Origin: an uncultured Candidatus Saccharibacteria bacterium
GTDB taxonomy: Bacteria; Patescibacteriota; Minisyncoccia; UBA9983
Direction of reading: 5' to 3'
NCBI GenBank assembly: GCA_964438405.1
Contig: CAYTKF010000001.1
Location: 18,860-82,859 of the forward strand
DNA: 64,000 bases
Shown in pieces: positions 29,307 through 38,471 of this stretch. The number at the start of each line of letters is the position of its first letter. Positions within the stretch are counted from its first letter, which is position 1. Made by a program: the position numbers and the translations under genes. The notes beneath the pieces are model-generated. The model saw only the letters and a list, made by a program, of their open reading frames with translations, made no database searches and was not told the DNA's origin.

Positions 29307-29427
29307 GACCCGGTTCAGCTTGAGCACGTGAAGTACAGCGTGAGCTGGACAATGGGTCCGGCTGGGAGTGCCCTCGTAATCCCCCAGCCGCAATCATCCG
29401 AGCCCCGATGAAACTGTCGGGGCTTTC
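29307..29427 (+). ncRNA. Candidate structured RNA (unassigned)
   Basis: GC-rich intergenic segment with three consecutive stems: GACCC/GGGTC enclosing GTTCAGCTT/GAGCTGGAC; CGGCTGGG/CCCAGCCG; AGCCCCGA/TCGGGGCT. Confidence 0.45.
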
Positions 29428-29483
29428 ATATTTCAATATTTTTTCGTTTGACTCTGCGTTAATTTCTTATTATTATAAGGTTA

Positions 29484-30725
29484 ATGTTGCAATCAAAATT
29501 ATTTGCCAAAACCAGAAAAGAAGCTCCCAAAGACGAGACCGCTGTTAACGCGCAGCTTCTTATCCAAGCAGGTTTTGTAAACAAGGATTCTGCAGGAGTT
29601 TATACTTTTTTGCCGCTTGGCTTAAGAGTTCTCTCAAAAATAGAAAATATTGTCCGCGAAGAAATGAATGCCATCGGTGGCCAGGAAATGCTGATGTCAG
29701 CGCTTCAGCCAAAAGAAAATTGGCAGGCAACTACTAGATGGGAAGGCCTTGATATTTTATTTAAGGTAATCTCGCGCCACGGCTCCGAATATGCGCTGGG
29801 TCCGACCCATGAAGAAATTGTCACTCCCGCTGCATTAAATATAATCAGCTCTTATAAAGACCTGCCTCTGGCTGTTTATCAGATCCAGACAAAATTCCGC
29901 GACGAACCGCGCGCAAAATCCGGTCTGCTTCGAACGCGGGAATTCCGGATGAAAGATTTATACAGTTTTCATAAAGACGAAAAAGATTTAGATAAATATT
30001 ACAATAAAATCGCAATCCCAGCCTATCAAAAAATTTATAAACGCATGGGATTGGAGGCTTTTTTGACAGAAGCAGATGGAGGCACTTTCAGCAAATTTTC
30101 CCATGAATTTCAGGTGGAAATTGAGAACGGAGAGGATATTATTTATATTTGCAATCCGCCAGCTGGCGGATGCGGTCTGGCTAAGAACAAGGAGATTTTT
30201 AAAGACAACGATGAATGCACTAATTGCGGAAAAACAGAATGGCGCGAGGCAAACGCATCCGAGGTGGGCAATATTTTCCCGCTTAAAAATAAATATTCAA
30301 AAAGTTTTAATTTAATTTATACAGCAGAAGACGGAACTAAAAAAGATGTTATTATGGGTTGCTACGGCATGGGCACTTCGCGCTTAATGGGAGTTTTAGC
30401 AGAAAGATTTCATGACCAGGATGGCATTATCTGGCCGGAAAGTGTTGCACCGTTTAAGGTTCATCTTATAGAACTTAATAATGCGTCTGCGAAAAATATT
30501 TACGAAGATTTAATTAAGCATGGCGTGGAAGTTTTATATGACGACAGAGAATTGAGCCCCGGAGAAAAATTCGCTGACGCTGACTTAATCGGCATTCCGT
30601 ATCGTGTGGTTGTGAGCGAAAAAACAGCAGAACAAAATAAGTTTGAGGTTAAAAAAAGAGATGAGGACAAAATAAAATTAGTAGATAAAGAAGAACTTTT
30701 TCGTATCATTCGCATGAATTCGTAG
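29484..30725 (+). CDS. proS: Prolyl-tRNA synthetase (short bacterial type, no editing domain)
   Basis: LGPTHEE, YQIQTKFRDEPR, REFRMKDLYSF, EVGNIF, MGCYGMG, DADLIGIP. Confidence 0.95.
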   Translation: MLQSKLFAKTRKEAPKDETAVNAQLLIQAGFVNKDSAGVYTFLPLGLRVLSKIENIVREEMNAIGGQEMLMSALQPKENWQATTRWEGLDILFKVISRHGSEYALGPTHEEIVTPAALNIISSYKDLPLAVYQIQTKFRDEPRAKSGLLRTREFRMKDLYSFHKDEKDLDKYYNKIAIPAYQKIYKRMGLEAFLTEADGGTFSKFSHEFQVEIENGEDIIYICNPPAGGCGLAKNKEIFKDNDECTNCGKTEWREANASEVGNIFPLKNKYSKSFNLIYTAEDGTKKDVIMGCYGMGTSRLMGVLAERFHDQDGIIWPESVAPFKVHLIELNNASAKNIYEDLIKHGVEVLYDDRELSPGEKFADADLIGIPYRVVVSEKTAEQNKFEVKKRDEDKIKLVDKEELFRIIRMNS

Positions 30726-30741
30726 ATTCGCATTATGTTTT

Positions 30742-31797
30742 ATGTTCGATAGATTTTACAAACTTTTTTCCAATGACATCGGCATTGATTTGGGCACTGC
30801 CACCACTCTTGTTTACGTTGCCGGCAAGGGAATTGTTATAAACGAACCCTCTGTGGTTGCCGTCAATCAAAAAACAGGGCAGATTGTGGCCATTGGCAAT
30901 GAGGCAAAAAAAATGCTGGGCAGAACGCCGGGCCACATAAAAGCTGTATGCCCCCTGGTAGACGGAGTTATTTCCGATTTTGAAATTACTCAAGAAATGC
31001 TTTTTTATTTTATTAAAAAAGTTCAGGAGGGCAAAAGATTCAGTTTTTTCGGCAGGCCGAGAGTTGTTGTGGGCGTGCCCTCTGGCATCACCAATGTTGA
31101 GGCGCGGGCAGTGCGCGACGCGGCAAAAAACGCCGGAGCCAGAGAAGTTTATCTTATAGAAGAGCCCATGGCCGCTGCCATTGGCATACGCCTGCCCATT
31201 CACGAGCCAATCGGCAACATGATTATTGATATAGGAGGAGGTACAACGGACATTGCTGTTATTTCTTTGAGCGGAATTGTTACTTCAAAAAATGTGCGTC
31301 TAGCAGGAGACAGATTAAATCAAGATATCATTGAATACGCGCGGGATGAATTTAAAATTCTTCTGGGAGAAAGAACAGCCGAAGACATAAAAATCGCCAT
31401 TGGCTCTGTTAACAAAAACAGCGAGGGCCTGGAGGCGACAATCAGGGGAAGAGACCTCATTACCGGTTTGCCGCGCGAGGTGGTTGTCACTGATTCTGAT
31501 ATCAAGGAGGCCATATGGAAATCAATCCAGACTCTTGTGACGGCAACCAGAGAAGTGATAGAACAGACTCCGCCGGAGCTCGTGGCTGATATTATGCACA
31601 GAGGAATTGCGATGGTTGGAGGCGGAGCATTCTTAAGGGGCTTTGCCAAAATTCTGGAACAGGAGACAAAAATCCCTGTTTATGTGGCAGAGGACCCGTT
31701 GACTGCGGTGGTGCGGGGCACGGGAATTGTTCTGGAAGATTTGGAAAATTTAAAAGATGTTTTAGTTCAACATGAAGACAATATCCCTCCAAAATAA
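30742..31797 (+). CDS. mreB: Rod shape-determining protein MreB (paralog 2, in mre operon)
   Basis: GIDLGTA, EEPMAAAIG, IDIGGGTTD, TPPELVADI, EDPLTAV. Confidence 0.96.
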   Translation: MFDRFYKLFSNDIGIDLGTATTLVYVAGKGIVINEPSVVAVNQKTGQIVAIGNEAKKMLGRTPGHIKAVCPLVDGVISDFEITQEMLFYFIKKVQEGKRFSFFGRPRVVVGVPSGITNVEARAVRDAAKNAGAREVYLIEEPMAAAIGIRLPIHEPIGNMIIDIGGGTTDIAVISLSGIVTSKNVRLAGDRLNQDIIEYARDEFKILLGERTAEDIKIAIGSVNKNSEGLEATIRGRDLITGLPREVVVTDSDIKEAIWKSIQTLVTATREVIEQTPPELVADIMHRGIAMVGGGAFLRGFAKILEQETKIPVYVAEDPLTAVVRGTGIVLEDLENLKDVLVQHEDNIPPK

Positions 31798-32506
31798 AAG
31801 CAGAAAGGGAACGATTATTTTAATTATCATCGCTGTTCTTGTTTTTGCCTTTTTTGTTTTTAATAACTCCGCCAGACAGTTTGTCAGCCGGCCTTTTATT
31901 TCTCTCGGCAAGTCACTGTTTAATATCAGGAATTCCATTGGCCAGAACGAACTCGAAAATCAGAACGTGGAACTTCAGGCAAAAATTTTATCTTTGTCTC
32001 CGCTGGAAAAAGAAAACGAAGACCTTAAATCATTGTTGTCAAGAATCAAAAACCCGGCCAGTTATATTCTTGGTTCAATAATTTCCCGGCCTCCGCAGTC
32101 GCCCTATGATATTTTAATTATTGATGCCGGCTCGGAACAAGGAGTTAAATCCGGCGCCAAGGTTACTGCTTACTCCGAAATATTACTGGGTTATGTGGCA
32201 GAAGTTTATCCGGCTTCCAGCAAAGTAAAACTTATTTCTTTCCCCGGCGAACAGACAAACATAAATATTTTAAATGCCGGAATTTCAGCTACAGCCACGG
32301 GCAGAGGGGGGGAAAATCTGGAAATTCAGATTCCTGATTCTCTGGACGCCAATACCGGAGATTTTGTTTTGACACAGGGAACATATCCATTATCGCTCGG
32401 CACAATAGAAAGAATTGAGGTCAACACAAACGAAGCATTCAAAAAACTTTTTTTCCGTCTGCCCATAAACCTGAACGAACTAAAATACGTAGTGATAGAA
32501 AAATAA
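31772..32506 (+). CDS. mreC: Rod shape-determining protein MreC
   Basis: TM + coiled coil (LEKENEDLK), IIDAGSEQGV, G.G, GD.VLT; follows mreB. Confidence 0.9.
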   Translation: MKTISLQNKSRKGTIILIIIAVLVFAFFVFNNSARQFVSRPFISLGKSLFNIRNSIGQNELENQNVELQAKILSLSPLEKENEDLKSLLSRIKNPASYILGSIISRPPQSPYDILIIDAGSEQGVKSGAKVTAYSEILLGYVAEVYPASSKVKLISFPGEQTNINILNAGISATATGRGGENLEIQIPDSLDANTGDFVLTQGTYPLSLGTIERIEVNTNEAFKKLFFRLPINLNELKYVVIEK

Positions 32507-32507
32507 A

Positions 32508-33320
32508 ATGAACGGAAATTTTGAAAATACAAAAAAACCTGAAGAAACAATACCTTATGACTCTCCGAAAGAGTTAGCCAATTTTATTTCAAGAGAAAGA
32601 TTACCCATTGATTATAGTTTGGTTATTAATGATAATACTAAAGTTATCGCATTAGGAGAATCACACATGGATAGCACCGCAAAAAAAGAAGTTAAAAATT
32701 CTCTGACGCAATTTAAACAATTAAAATTTACTCATCTAGGATTAGAATTTTTGGGGACTGATTTACAGCCTGTTTTAGATAATTACGTAAGAGGAAAAAA
32801 CAAAAAAGATGAAGAAATATTATTAGAACATTTTAAAACTTATTCTGAAAGAGATGGTGAATTATATCTTGAAATTGTTAAGGAGGCAATATCACTAGGA
32901 ATTAAGATTGTGGCGTTGGATTTACCACAAAAAGAAAAAGATTATTATGAAGAAAGCAATACTATAGAACTTCAGCAAAAAAGAAATCCCTTTATGGCAC
33001 AAAGAGTAGAAAACATTTTATCTGGGAATAAAGAATATAGAGTAATAACTTTCAGTGGCAACGGACATATACAAAATATAGACGAAGGAACAGGGTCAAT
33101 AGTTGTTAATTTAAGAGATAAAAACATCTCTGTTGTGACCATAAATTTTTCCGGACGTCTGATAGAAAAAGGATATCCTTATTCTTATCAGGGCCCCAGC
33201 ATTAGCGAATGCGTTCAAAGTGCTGGGTTAGCCTCAGAAAAGTTTATATTGCCTGCCCAGACAAAATTCCCAGAGATTAACATTCCTTTTGATTGGATTA
33301 TCTATTTGTCCGAAAAATAA
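32508..33320 (+). CDS. Hypothetical protein, ChaN/EreA/TraB-superfamily-like
   Basis: VIALGESH, LGLEF, IVALD, RN.FMA, FSGNGHI motif order. Confidence 0.55.
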   Translation: MNGNFENTKKPEETIPYDSPKELANFISRERLPIDYSLVINDNTKVIALGESHMDSTAKKEVKNSLTQFKQLKFTHLGLEFLGTDLQPVLDNYVRGKNKKDEEILLEHFKTYSERDGELYLEIVKEAISLGIKIVALDLPQKEKDYYEESNTIELQQKRNPFMAQRVENILSGNKEYRVITFSGNGHIQNIDEGTGSIVVNLRDKNISVVTINFSGRLIEKGYPYSYQGPSISECVQSAGLASEKFILPAQTKFPEINIPFDWIIYLSEK

Positions 33321-33321
33321 A

Positions 33322-33582
33322 ATGTTTAAGCGTTTAATTTGCGATATAATTTTGTTGGGAAGTTTGTTTTTTCTGCCGTGGTATTGGACGGCGTCATTGG
33401 CCATTATTTTTATGATATTTTTCCGGCGTTATTGGGAGGCTGCCGCAGCGGCATTTTTGATTGATATTTTTTATTCCGTGCCGACAAAAAATATTTACGG
33501 ACACTTCGGGCTCTTCACAGCAATAGGCATTATTCTTTTAATAGTTTTAGAAAAATTTAAGTCTAATATCAGAATTAATTAA
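33322..33582 (+). CDS. Small membrane protein at the MreD position
   Basis: 86 aa, about 3 TM segments, between mreC and PBP2. Confidence 0.65.
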   Translation: MFKRLICDIILLGSLFFLPWYWTASLAIIFMIFFRRYWEAAAAAFLIDIFYSVPTKNIYGHFGLFTAIGIILLIVLEKFKSNIRIN

Positions 33583-33584
33583 TC

Positions 33585-35231
33585 ATGTTTTTTAGAAAAC
33601 GGCCGAAAATTAAAGACCTTCAGATTTACCCGGACGAGATTTTTCTGGATTCCAAAAACATTCCCAAATTTGACACCCAACAATTCGAGGGCAGGCTGGA
33701 AAAACCAATCAGCAAAAAAACTTTTTTTATTTTTTCCAGCTTTCTGGTCTTAATCTCTTTTTTTTATTTTGGCCAGGTTTTCAATCTGCAGGTTTTGCGC
33801 GGTCAGGCCATGGCCGACCGTTCCCAAAAAAACAATCTTAAAAAAGAAATAATTCTTCCCCCGCGAACAACTATAGCCGACAGAGACGGAGTGCGCCTTG
33901 CCTGGACAGACGGAGACCAAAGAAATTATATTGATATAGCCGGCTTTTCTCATATCATCGGTTATCTGGGCCTGCCGTCAAAAGAAGATTTACAGAATAA
34001 TCCGGGGCTGGCAATGAATGTCATAATCGGCAAAGAGGGAGTGGAAAAAAAATACGAGGAATTTTTAAGAGGCAACGCCGGAGTTAAACTAGTGGAATTT
34101 GATTCCCAAAACAACATTATTTCAGAAAGCGTGCAGACTTTGCCCGTTGCCAACGAAGATTTTAAACTGACAATTGACAGCGGAGTTCAGGCAAAACTTT
34201 TTGAGGCATTAAGTTCAGCCGGCAAAAATCTGGGATACAAGGGCGGAGCAGGAACTATTTTAGATGTAAACAACGGCGAAGTTTTGGCCTTGGCCAGCTA
34301 TCCGGAATATAAACAGGAAAACATCAGCGATTATTTAAACGCAAAAAATAATCCCTTTTTAAACCGCGCCATTTCCGGCCTTTACGCGCCCGGCTCCATT
34401 GTAAAACCATTTATTGCTCTGGCTGCGCTGAACGAAAATATAATTTCTCCGGACAAACAAATTTTTAGTTCCGGCAGCATTTCCATTCCCAATCCGTTTT
34501 TCCCGGACAAGAAAAATATTTTTCTTGACTGGAAAGCGCACGGCTGGACAGATATGAAAAAGGCTTTGGCTGTTTCCTCTGACGTTTATTTTTATGAGAT
34601 TGGCGGAGGATATCAGAATCAGAAGGGTTTAGGAATAAGTAAACTGGAAGACTATGCAAAACAATTCGGCATGGATTCCAAAACCGGCATTGATCTTTTG
34701 GGAGAAGAAAACGGCGTTGTGCCGGATCCGGAATTAAAGGCAAGGGCTGATCCGCGTGACCCGATTTGGCGCGTGGGGGATACTTACAACGCCAGCATTG
34801 GTCAGGGATATTTCCAGGTCACGCCAATAGAAATGGCTGTTTTTGCAGCTGCCTTGGCAAATAATGGTATTTTTGTCCAGCCCCATTTGGCCCCAGTTTT
34901 AAATAATAGTTCTGTAAAAACTATTGATATACCAAAAGAATATTTTGATATCGTCCGGGAGGGAATGCTCATGGCAGTAAAAGAAGGAACAGCCACAACT
35001 TTAAATGTGCCGGGAATAAGCATTGCCGCAAAAACAGGAACAGCGCAGGTTGGAGCGAATAATCAATTTACAAATTCGTGGGTCATTGGATTTTTCCCGT
35101 ACGAAAATCCCAAATATGCGTTTGCCGTTGTGACAGAAAGAGGGCCAAAAGACAGCGCAGCCGGCGCACAATACGTAATGCGCCAAATCCTGGACTGGCT
35201 GGCTATTTACAGACCGGAGTATTTAAAGTAA
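33585..35231 (+). CDS. mrdA: Penicillin-binding protein 2
   Basis: GKEGVEK.YE, LTID, PGSIVK (SxxK), SSD (SxN-like), KTGTAQ; in mre operon. Confidence 0.92.
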   Translation: MFFRKRPKIKDLQIYPDEIFLDSKNIPKFDTQQFEGRLEKPISKKTFFIFSSFLVLISFFYFGQVFNLQVLRGQAMADRSQKNNLKKEIILPPRTTIADRDGVRLAWTDGDQRNYIDIAGFSHIIGYLGLPSKEDLQNNPGLAMNVIIGKEGVEKKYEEFLRGNAGVKLVEFDSQNNIISESVQTLPVANEDFKLTIDSGVQAKLFEALSSAGKNLGYKGGAGTILDVNNGEVLALASYPEYKQENISDYLNAKNNPFLNRAISGLYAPGSIVKPFIALAALNENIISPDKQIFSSGSISIPNPFFPDKKNIFLDWKAHGWTDMKKALAVSSDVYFYEIGGGYQNQKGLGISKLEDYAKQFGMDSKTGIDLLGEENGVVPDPELKARADPRDPIWRVGDTYNASIGQGYFQVTPIEMAVFAAALANNGIFVQPHLAPVLNNSSVKTIDIPKEYFDIVREGMLMAVKEGTATTLNVPGISIAAKTGTAQVGANNQFTNSWVIGFFPYENPKYAFAVVTERGPKDSAAGAQYVMRQILDWLAIYRPEYLK

Positions 35232-35240
35232 AATAATTTT

Positions 35241-36698
35241 ATGAGTTCTATTGATGATATCAGGGCTGAGCGAGTGAGAAAACTCGAGGAAATTAAAAAG
35301 GCGGGGATTGAACCCTTTCCGGTTTCCCCAGAAAAATCTTTTTTAATTTCCGATATTCTGGCCAATTTTAATAAAATTAAAAAGCCGATTTTTATTTGCG
35401 GCAGAATTATGGCCATTCGTTCGCACGGCGGTTCTGTGTTTTTTGATGTTAATGATGGAAGCGGTATTTTACAAGCCTATCTTAAAAAAGACGATGTTTC
35501 CAAAGAACAATTTTTTCTTTTTGAAAAAGCTGACATCGGCGATTTTGTGGAATTAAAGGGTAAACTTTTTAAAACCAAGAAAAAAGAAAAAACGCTAAAA
35601 ATCGGCAAGTGGAGATTTCTGGCAAAAAGTTTATTGCCCTTACCGGAAAAATGGCACGGTCTGCAGGATATTGAAGAACGCTTTAGAAAAAGATATCTGG
35701 ATTTATTAATGAATCAGGAAGTAAAAGAAAGATTTCTGATGCGTTCCAGAATAATTTCCGAATTGCGCGATATTTTGATAAAAAACGGTTTTATTGAAGT
35801 GGAAACTCCAATACTCCAGCCTTTGGCTGGCGGAGCCTTGGCAGAACCATTTACAACGCACCACAACAGCCTTGATATTGATTTGAATCTGCGCATTGCG
35901 CCGGAGCTTTATTTGAAAAAATTATTAATCGGCGGATTTAATAAGGTTTTTGAAATCGGCAGAAATTTCAGAAACGAAGGTATAGACGTAACGCACAATC
36001 CAGAATTCACAATGCTTGAGCTTTACGAAGCGTATCAGGACGCAAAAGGTTTGCGTCAGCAAACGGAAAAATTTTTGAAAGAATTAATTAAAAAAATATT
36101 CAAAAAGCCGGAAATTGTTTTTGAAGAAAATAAAATCAATTTCAACAAAAAATTCAGTGAGATTTCTTATTACGAAGTATTAAAACGCTACGCGCTTATA
36201 ATTGACGCTGGAAAAGAGGATAGAAACGGAATTTCGCTCAAGGCAAAACAATTCGGCATTAAAGTTGAAGATTTTGAAACAAAAGAAAAAATAATGGACA
36301 ATATCTATAAAAAAATGTGTAGGCCGAAAATAATACAGCCTACGTTTATAATAGATTATCCGGTGGGAACGTCTCCATTGGCAAAAAGAATGGAAAATAA
36401 CAAAGAAATGATAGACCGCTTTCAATTGGTTATTGCCGGAATGGAAATCATAAACGGCTTTTCAGAGCTCAATGACCCAGTTGACCAGAAAGAAAGATTC
36501 GCTGTCCAAGATAAGGCAAAAGAGGCGGGAGACAAAGAAGTTTCTCCAAGCGACAAAGATTATTTAGAGGCAATGGAATACGGTATGCCTCCGGCAGCAG
36601 GTTTGGGCATCGGCATAGATCGTCTGGTAATGCTTCTAACTAACACCAAAAACATCCGCGAAGTGATACTCTTTCCGACATTGAGACCGAAAAAGTAA
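35241..36698 (+). CDS. lysS: Lysyl-tRNA synthetase, class II
   Basis: PLPEKWHGL, RYLDL, LRIAPELYLK, FRNEG, HNPEFT, YGMPP..G.GIGIDRL. Confidence 0.98.
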   Translation: MSSIDDIRAERVRKLEEIKKAGIEPFPVSPEKSFLISDILANFNKIKKPIFICGRIMAIRSHGGSVFFDVNDGSGILQAYLKKDDVSKEQFFLFEKADIGDFVELKGKLFKTKKKEKTLKIGKWRFLAKSLLPLPEKWHGLQDIEERFRKRYLDLLMNQEVKERFLMRSRIISELRDILIKNGFIEVETPILQPLAGGALAEPFTTHHNSLDIDLNLRIAPELYLKKLLIGGFNKVFEIGRNFRNEGIDVTHNPEFTMLELYEAYQDAKGLRQQTEKFLKELIKKIFKKPEIVFEENKINFNKKFSEISYYEVLKRYALIIDAGKEDRNGISLKAKQFGIKVEDFETKEKIMDNIYKKMCRPKIIQPTFIIDYPVGTSPLAKRMENNKEMIDRFQLVIAGMEIINGFSELNDPVDQKERFAVQDKAKEAGDKEVSPSDKDYLEAMEYGMPPAAGLGIGIDRLVMLLTNTKNIREVILFPTLRPKK

Positions 36699-36721
36699 AA
36701 CTATAAATTATAAGAAAAATG

Positions 36722-36748
36722 ACCTGTGGGAGTTTTCCACAGGTTTTT
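36722..36748 (+). terminator. Intrinsic terminator after lysS
   Basis: ACCTGTGG-gagtttt-CCACAGGT followed by T-tract. Confidence 0.75.
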
Positions 36749-36777
36749 GTTTTGTTTTGTTTTGATATGTAATGGAA

Positions 36778-36825
36778 GTGGGGTATAGTGTAAGGGAAGT
36801 GGGGATAAGTGGATAAAACTGTGGA
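36778..36825 (+). promoter_or_regulatory. MraZ-binding repeat array
   Basis: GTGGG/GTGTA/GTGGG/GTGGA/GTGGA at 10-12 bp spacing upstream of mraZ, matching known MraZ operator architecture. Confidence 0.7.
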
Positions 36826-36859
36826 AACTGTGGATAACTCCATTAAACCACTGAATAAT

Positions 36860-37294
36860 ATGCTTATTGGCGAATACAAACATAATTTAGACCCCAAAAA
36901 GCGAGTGGCTATCCCGGCCAAATTTCGCAAAGAAATAGGAGACAAAGCAGTAATTGCCAAAGGCCAGGATAAATGCCTTTTTGTTTACACAATGGCTGAA
37001 TGGGAAAAGGTGGCCGAAAAACTCAGCCAGTTGCCGACCGGCTCGGCTGACACAAGAAATTTCGTCCGCCTTTTCCTGTCAGGAGCAAACGAAGTTGAGA
37101 TTGACGCCATGGGCAGAATTTTAATATCAGACCAGCTTAAGACATTTGCCGAATTAAAAGAAAAAGCTGTCATTGTCGGAGTTCACAAAAGACTGGAAAT
37201 CTGGAATGAAGAGAATTGGGAGGAGTACAAAACCAGATTAGAAAAAGATACTGATATGCTGGCAGAAAAAATGGGAGAGATCGGAGCGTATTAA
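36860..37294 (+). CDS. mraZ: Division/cell-wall cluster transcriptional repressor MraZ
   Basis: MLIGEYKHNLDPKKRVAIPAKFR, DAMGRILI, RLEIW. Confidence 0.96.
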   Translation: MLIGEYKHNLDPKKRVAIPAKFRKEIGDKAVIAKGQDKCLFVYTMAEWEKVAEKLSQLPTGSADTRNFVRLFLSGANEVEIDAMGRILISDQLKTFAELKEKAVIVGVHKRLEIWNEENWEEYKTRLEKDTDMLAEKMGEIGAY

Positions 37295-37295
37295 A

Positions 37296-38186
37296 ATGCA
37301 CAAACCTGTTCTTTTAAAAGAAGCAATAGAATATCTAAATCTTAAAGAGGGTGATATTGCAATAGATGCCACTGTTGACGGAGGCGGACACGCAGAAAAA
37401 ATTTTAGAGAAAATCGGCGCGAGTGGCAAGTTGATAGGCATAGACCAAGACTCAAGCATGATAGAAAAACTTGATTTAGGAGAAAATGCAATTTTGATTA
37501 ACGGAAATTTCAGAGATTTAGATAAATTAGTTTCCGCCTCATCGGCGGACAAGGTGGATGCGATTCTGTTTGACTTAGGAATAAGTTCGTTGCAGCTGGA
37601 AGATTCTGGCAGGGGATTCAGTTTTCAAAAAGACGAACCCCTGCTCATGACGCTAAAGCAAAATCTCCAGCCAGGCGATCTTACTGCGCAGGAGATTATC
37701 AATAACTGGAGCGAGAAAGAAATTGCGGATTTGATTTTTAAATACGGAGAGGAGAGATACAGCCGGCGCATAGCCAGAGGGATTGCAGAAAAAAGGGGCG
37801 CAAGCCCGATTCTCACAACAGGAGAACTGATAGAAATAATAAGATTGAACGTTCCAAGAAATTACCGCAACTCGCGAACCATCAACTGCGCCACGCGTAC
37901 ATTTCAGGCGATAAGAATAGCAGTCAACGACGAACTTGGAGCGCTGGAGAGAGGACTTGAAACAGGGTGGAAAATTTTAAAAAATAACGGCCGAATGGTT
38001 GTTATATCATTCCATTCTTTAGAGGACAGAATAGTTAAGAACTTTTATAAAAACAAAAATTCAACGGGCGAAGGAAAAATTTTGACAAAAAAGCCGATTA
38101 CCCCGAGCTGGGAAGAGAAAAAAATAAATCCCCGCTCGCGAAGCGCAAAATTAAGGGCCATAGAAAAAAATGATAAAACTGTTTAA
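37296..38186 (+). CDS. rsmH: 16S rRNA m4C1402 methyltransferase
   Basis: HKPVLL.E, DAT..GGGH, DLGISS.QL, RGFSF, FQAIRIAVN.EL, ISFHSLEDR, NPRSRSAKLR. Confidence 0.97.
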   Translation: MHKPVLLKEAIEYLNLKEGDIAIDATVDGGGHAEKILEKIGASGKLIGIDQDSSMIEKLDLGENAILINGNFRDLDKLVSASSADKVDAILFDLGISSLQLEDSGRGFSFQKDEPLLMTLKQNLQPGDLTAQEIINNWSEKEIADLIFKYGEERYSRRIARGIAEKRGASPILTTGELIEIIRLNVPRNYRNSRTINCATRTFQAIRIAVNDELGALERGLETGWKILKNNGRMVVISFHSLEDRIVKNFYKNKNSTGEGKILTKKPITPSWEEKKINPRSRSAKLRAIEKNDKTV

Positions 38187-38460
38187 CCATAAATTAATAT
38201 TCAGAATATTATTAACCTGCATAATTTCAACTGCCGGACTTTATCTTTATTTTGTAAATTCGGCTGTTTTCAGCGTCGTAGAAACAAATAAAAACCAGAA
38301 AACCCTGCAAACGATAAACAACGAATCCCAAAAACTGGAAAACCAATACCTGAATATTATAGGCCGATTTGACGCTGACTACGCAAAAACCCTGGGCTTT
38401 TACGAACAAAAAGGAAACATTGATTATGTTATAAGACAAGATGTCGTGGCCAAGAAGTAA
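38170..38460 (+). CDS. FtsL-like cell division protein
   Basis: TM + coiled coil + AKTLG; position between rsmH and ftsI. Confidence 0.65.
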   Translation: MIKLFNHKLIFRILLTCIISTAGLYLYFVNSAVFSVVETNKNQKTLQTINNESQKLENQYLNIIGRFDADYAKTLGFYEQKGNIDYVIRQDVVAKK

Positions 38461-38471
38461 GATTCAGGCCC

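Noticed and set aside
29307-29483. T-box riboswitch or SRP RNA upstream of proS
   Set aside because: No T-box GGTGGNACC consensus and no SRP domain IV loop motif; kept only as an unassigned RNA candidate
7525-31797. Two mreB paralogs as a novelty
   Set aside because: Multiple MreB/Mbl paralogs are common in monoderm rods; both look intact and ordinary
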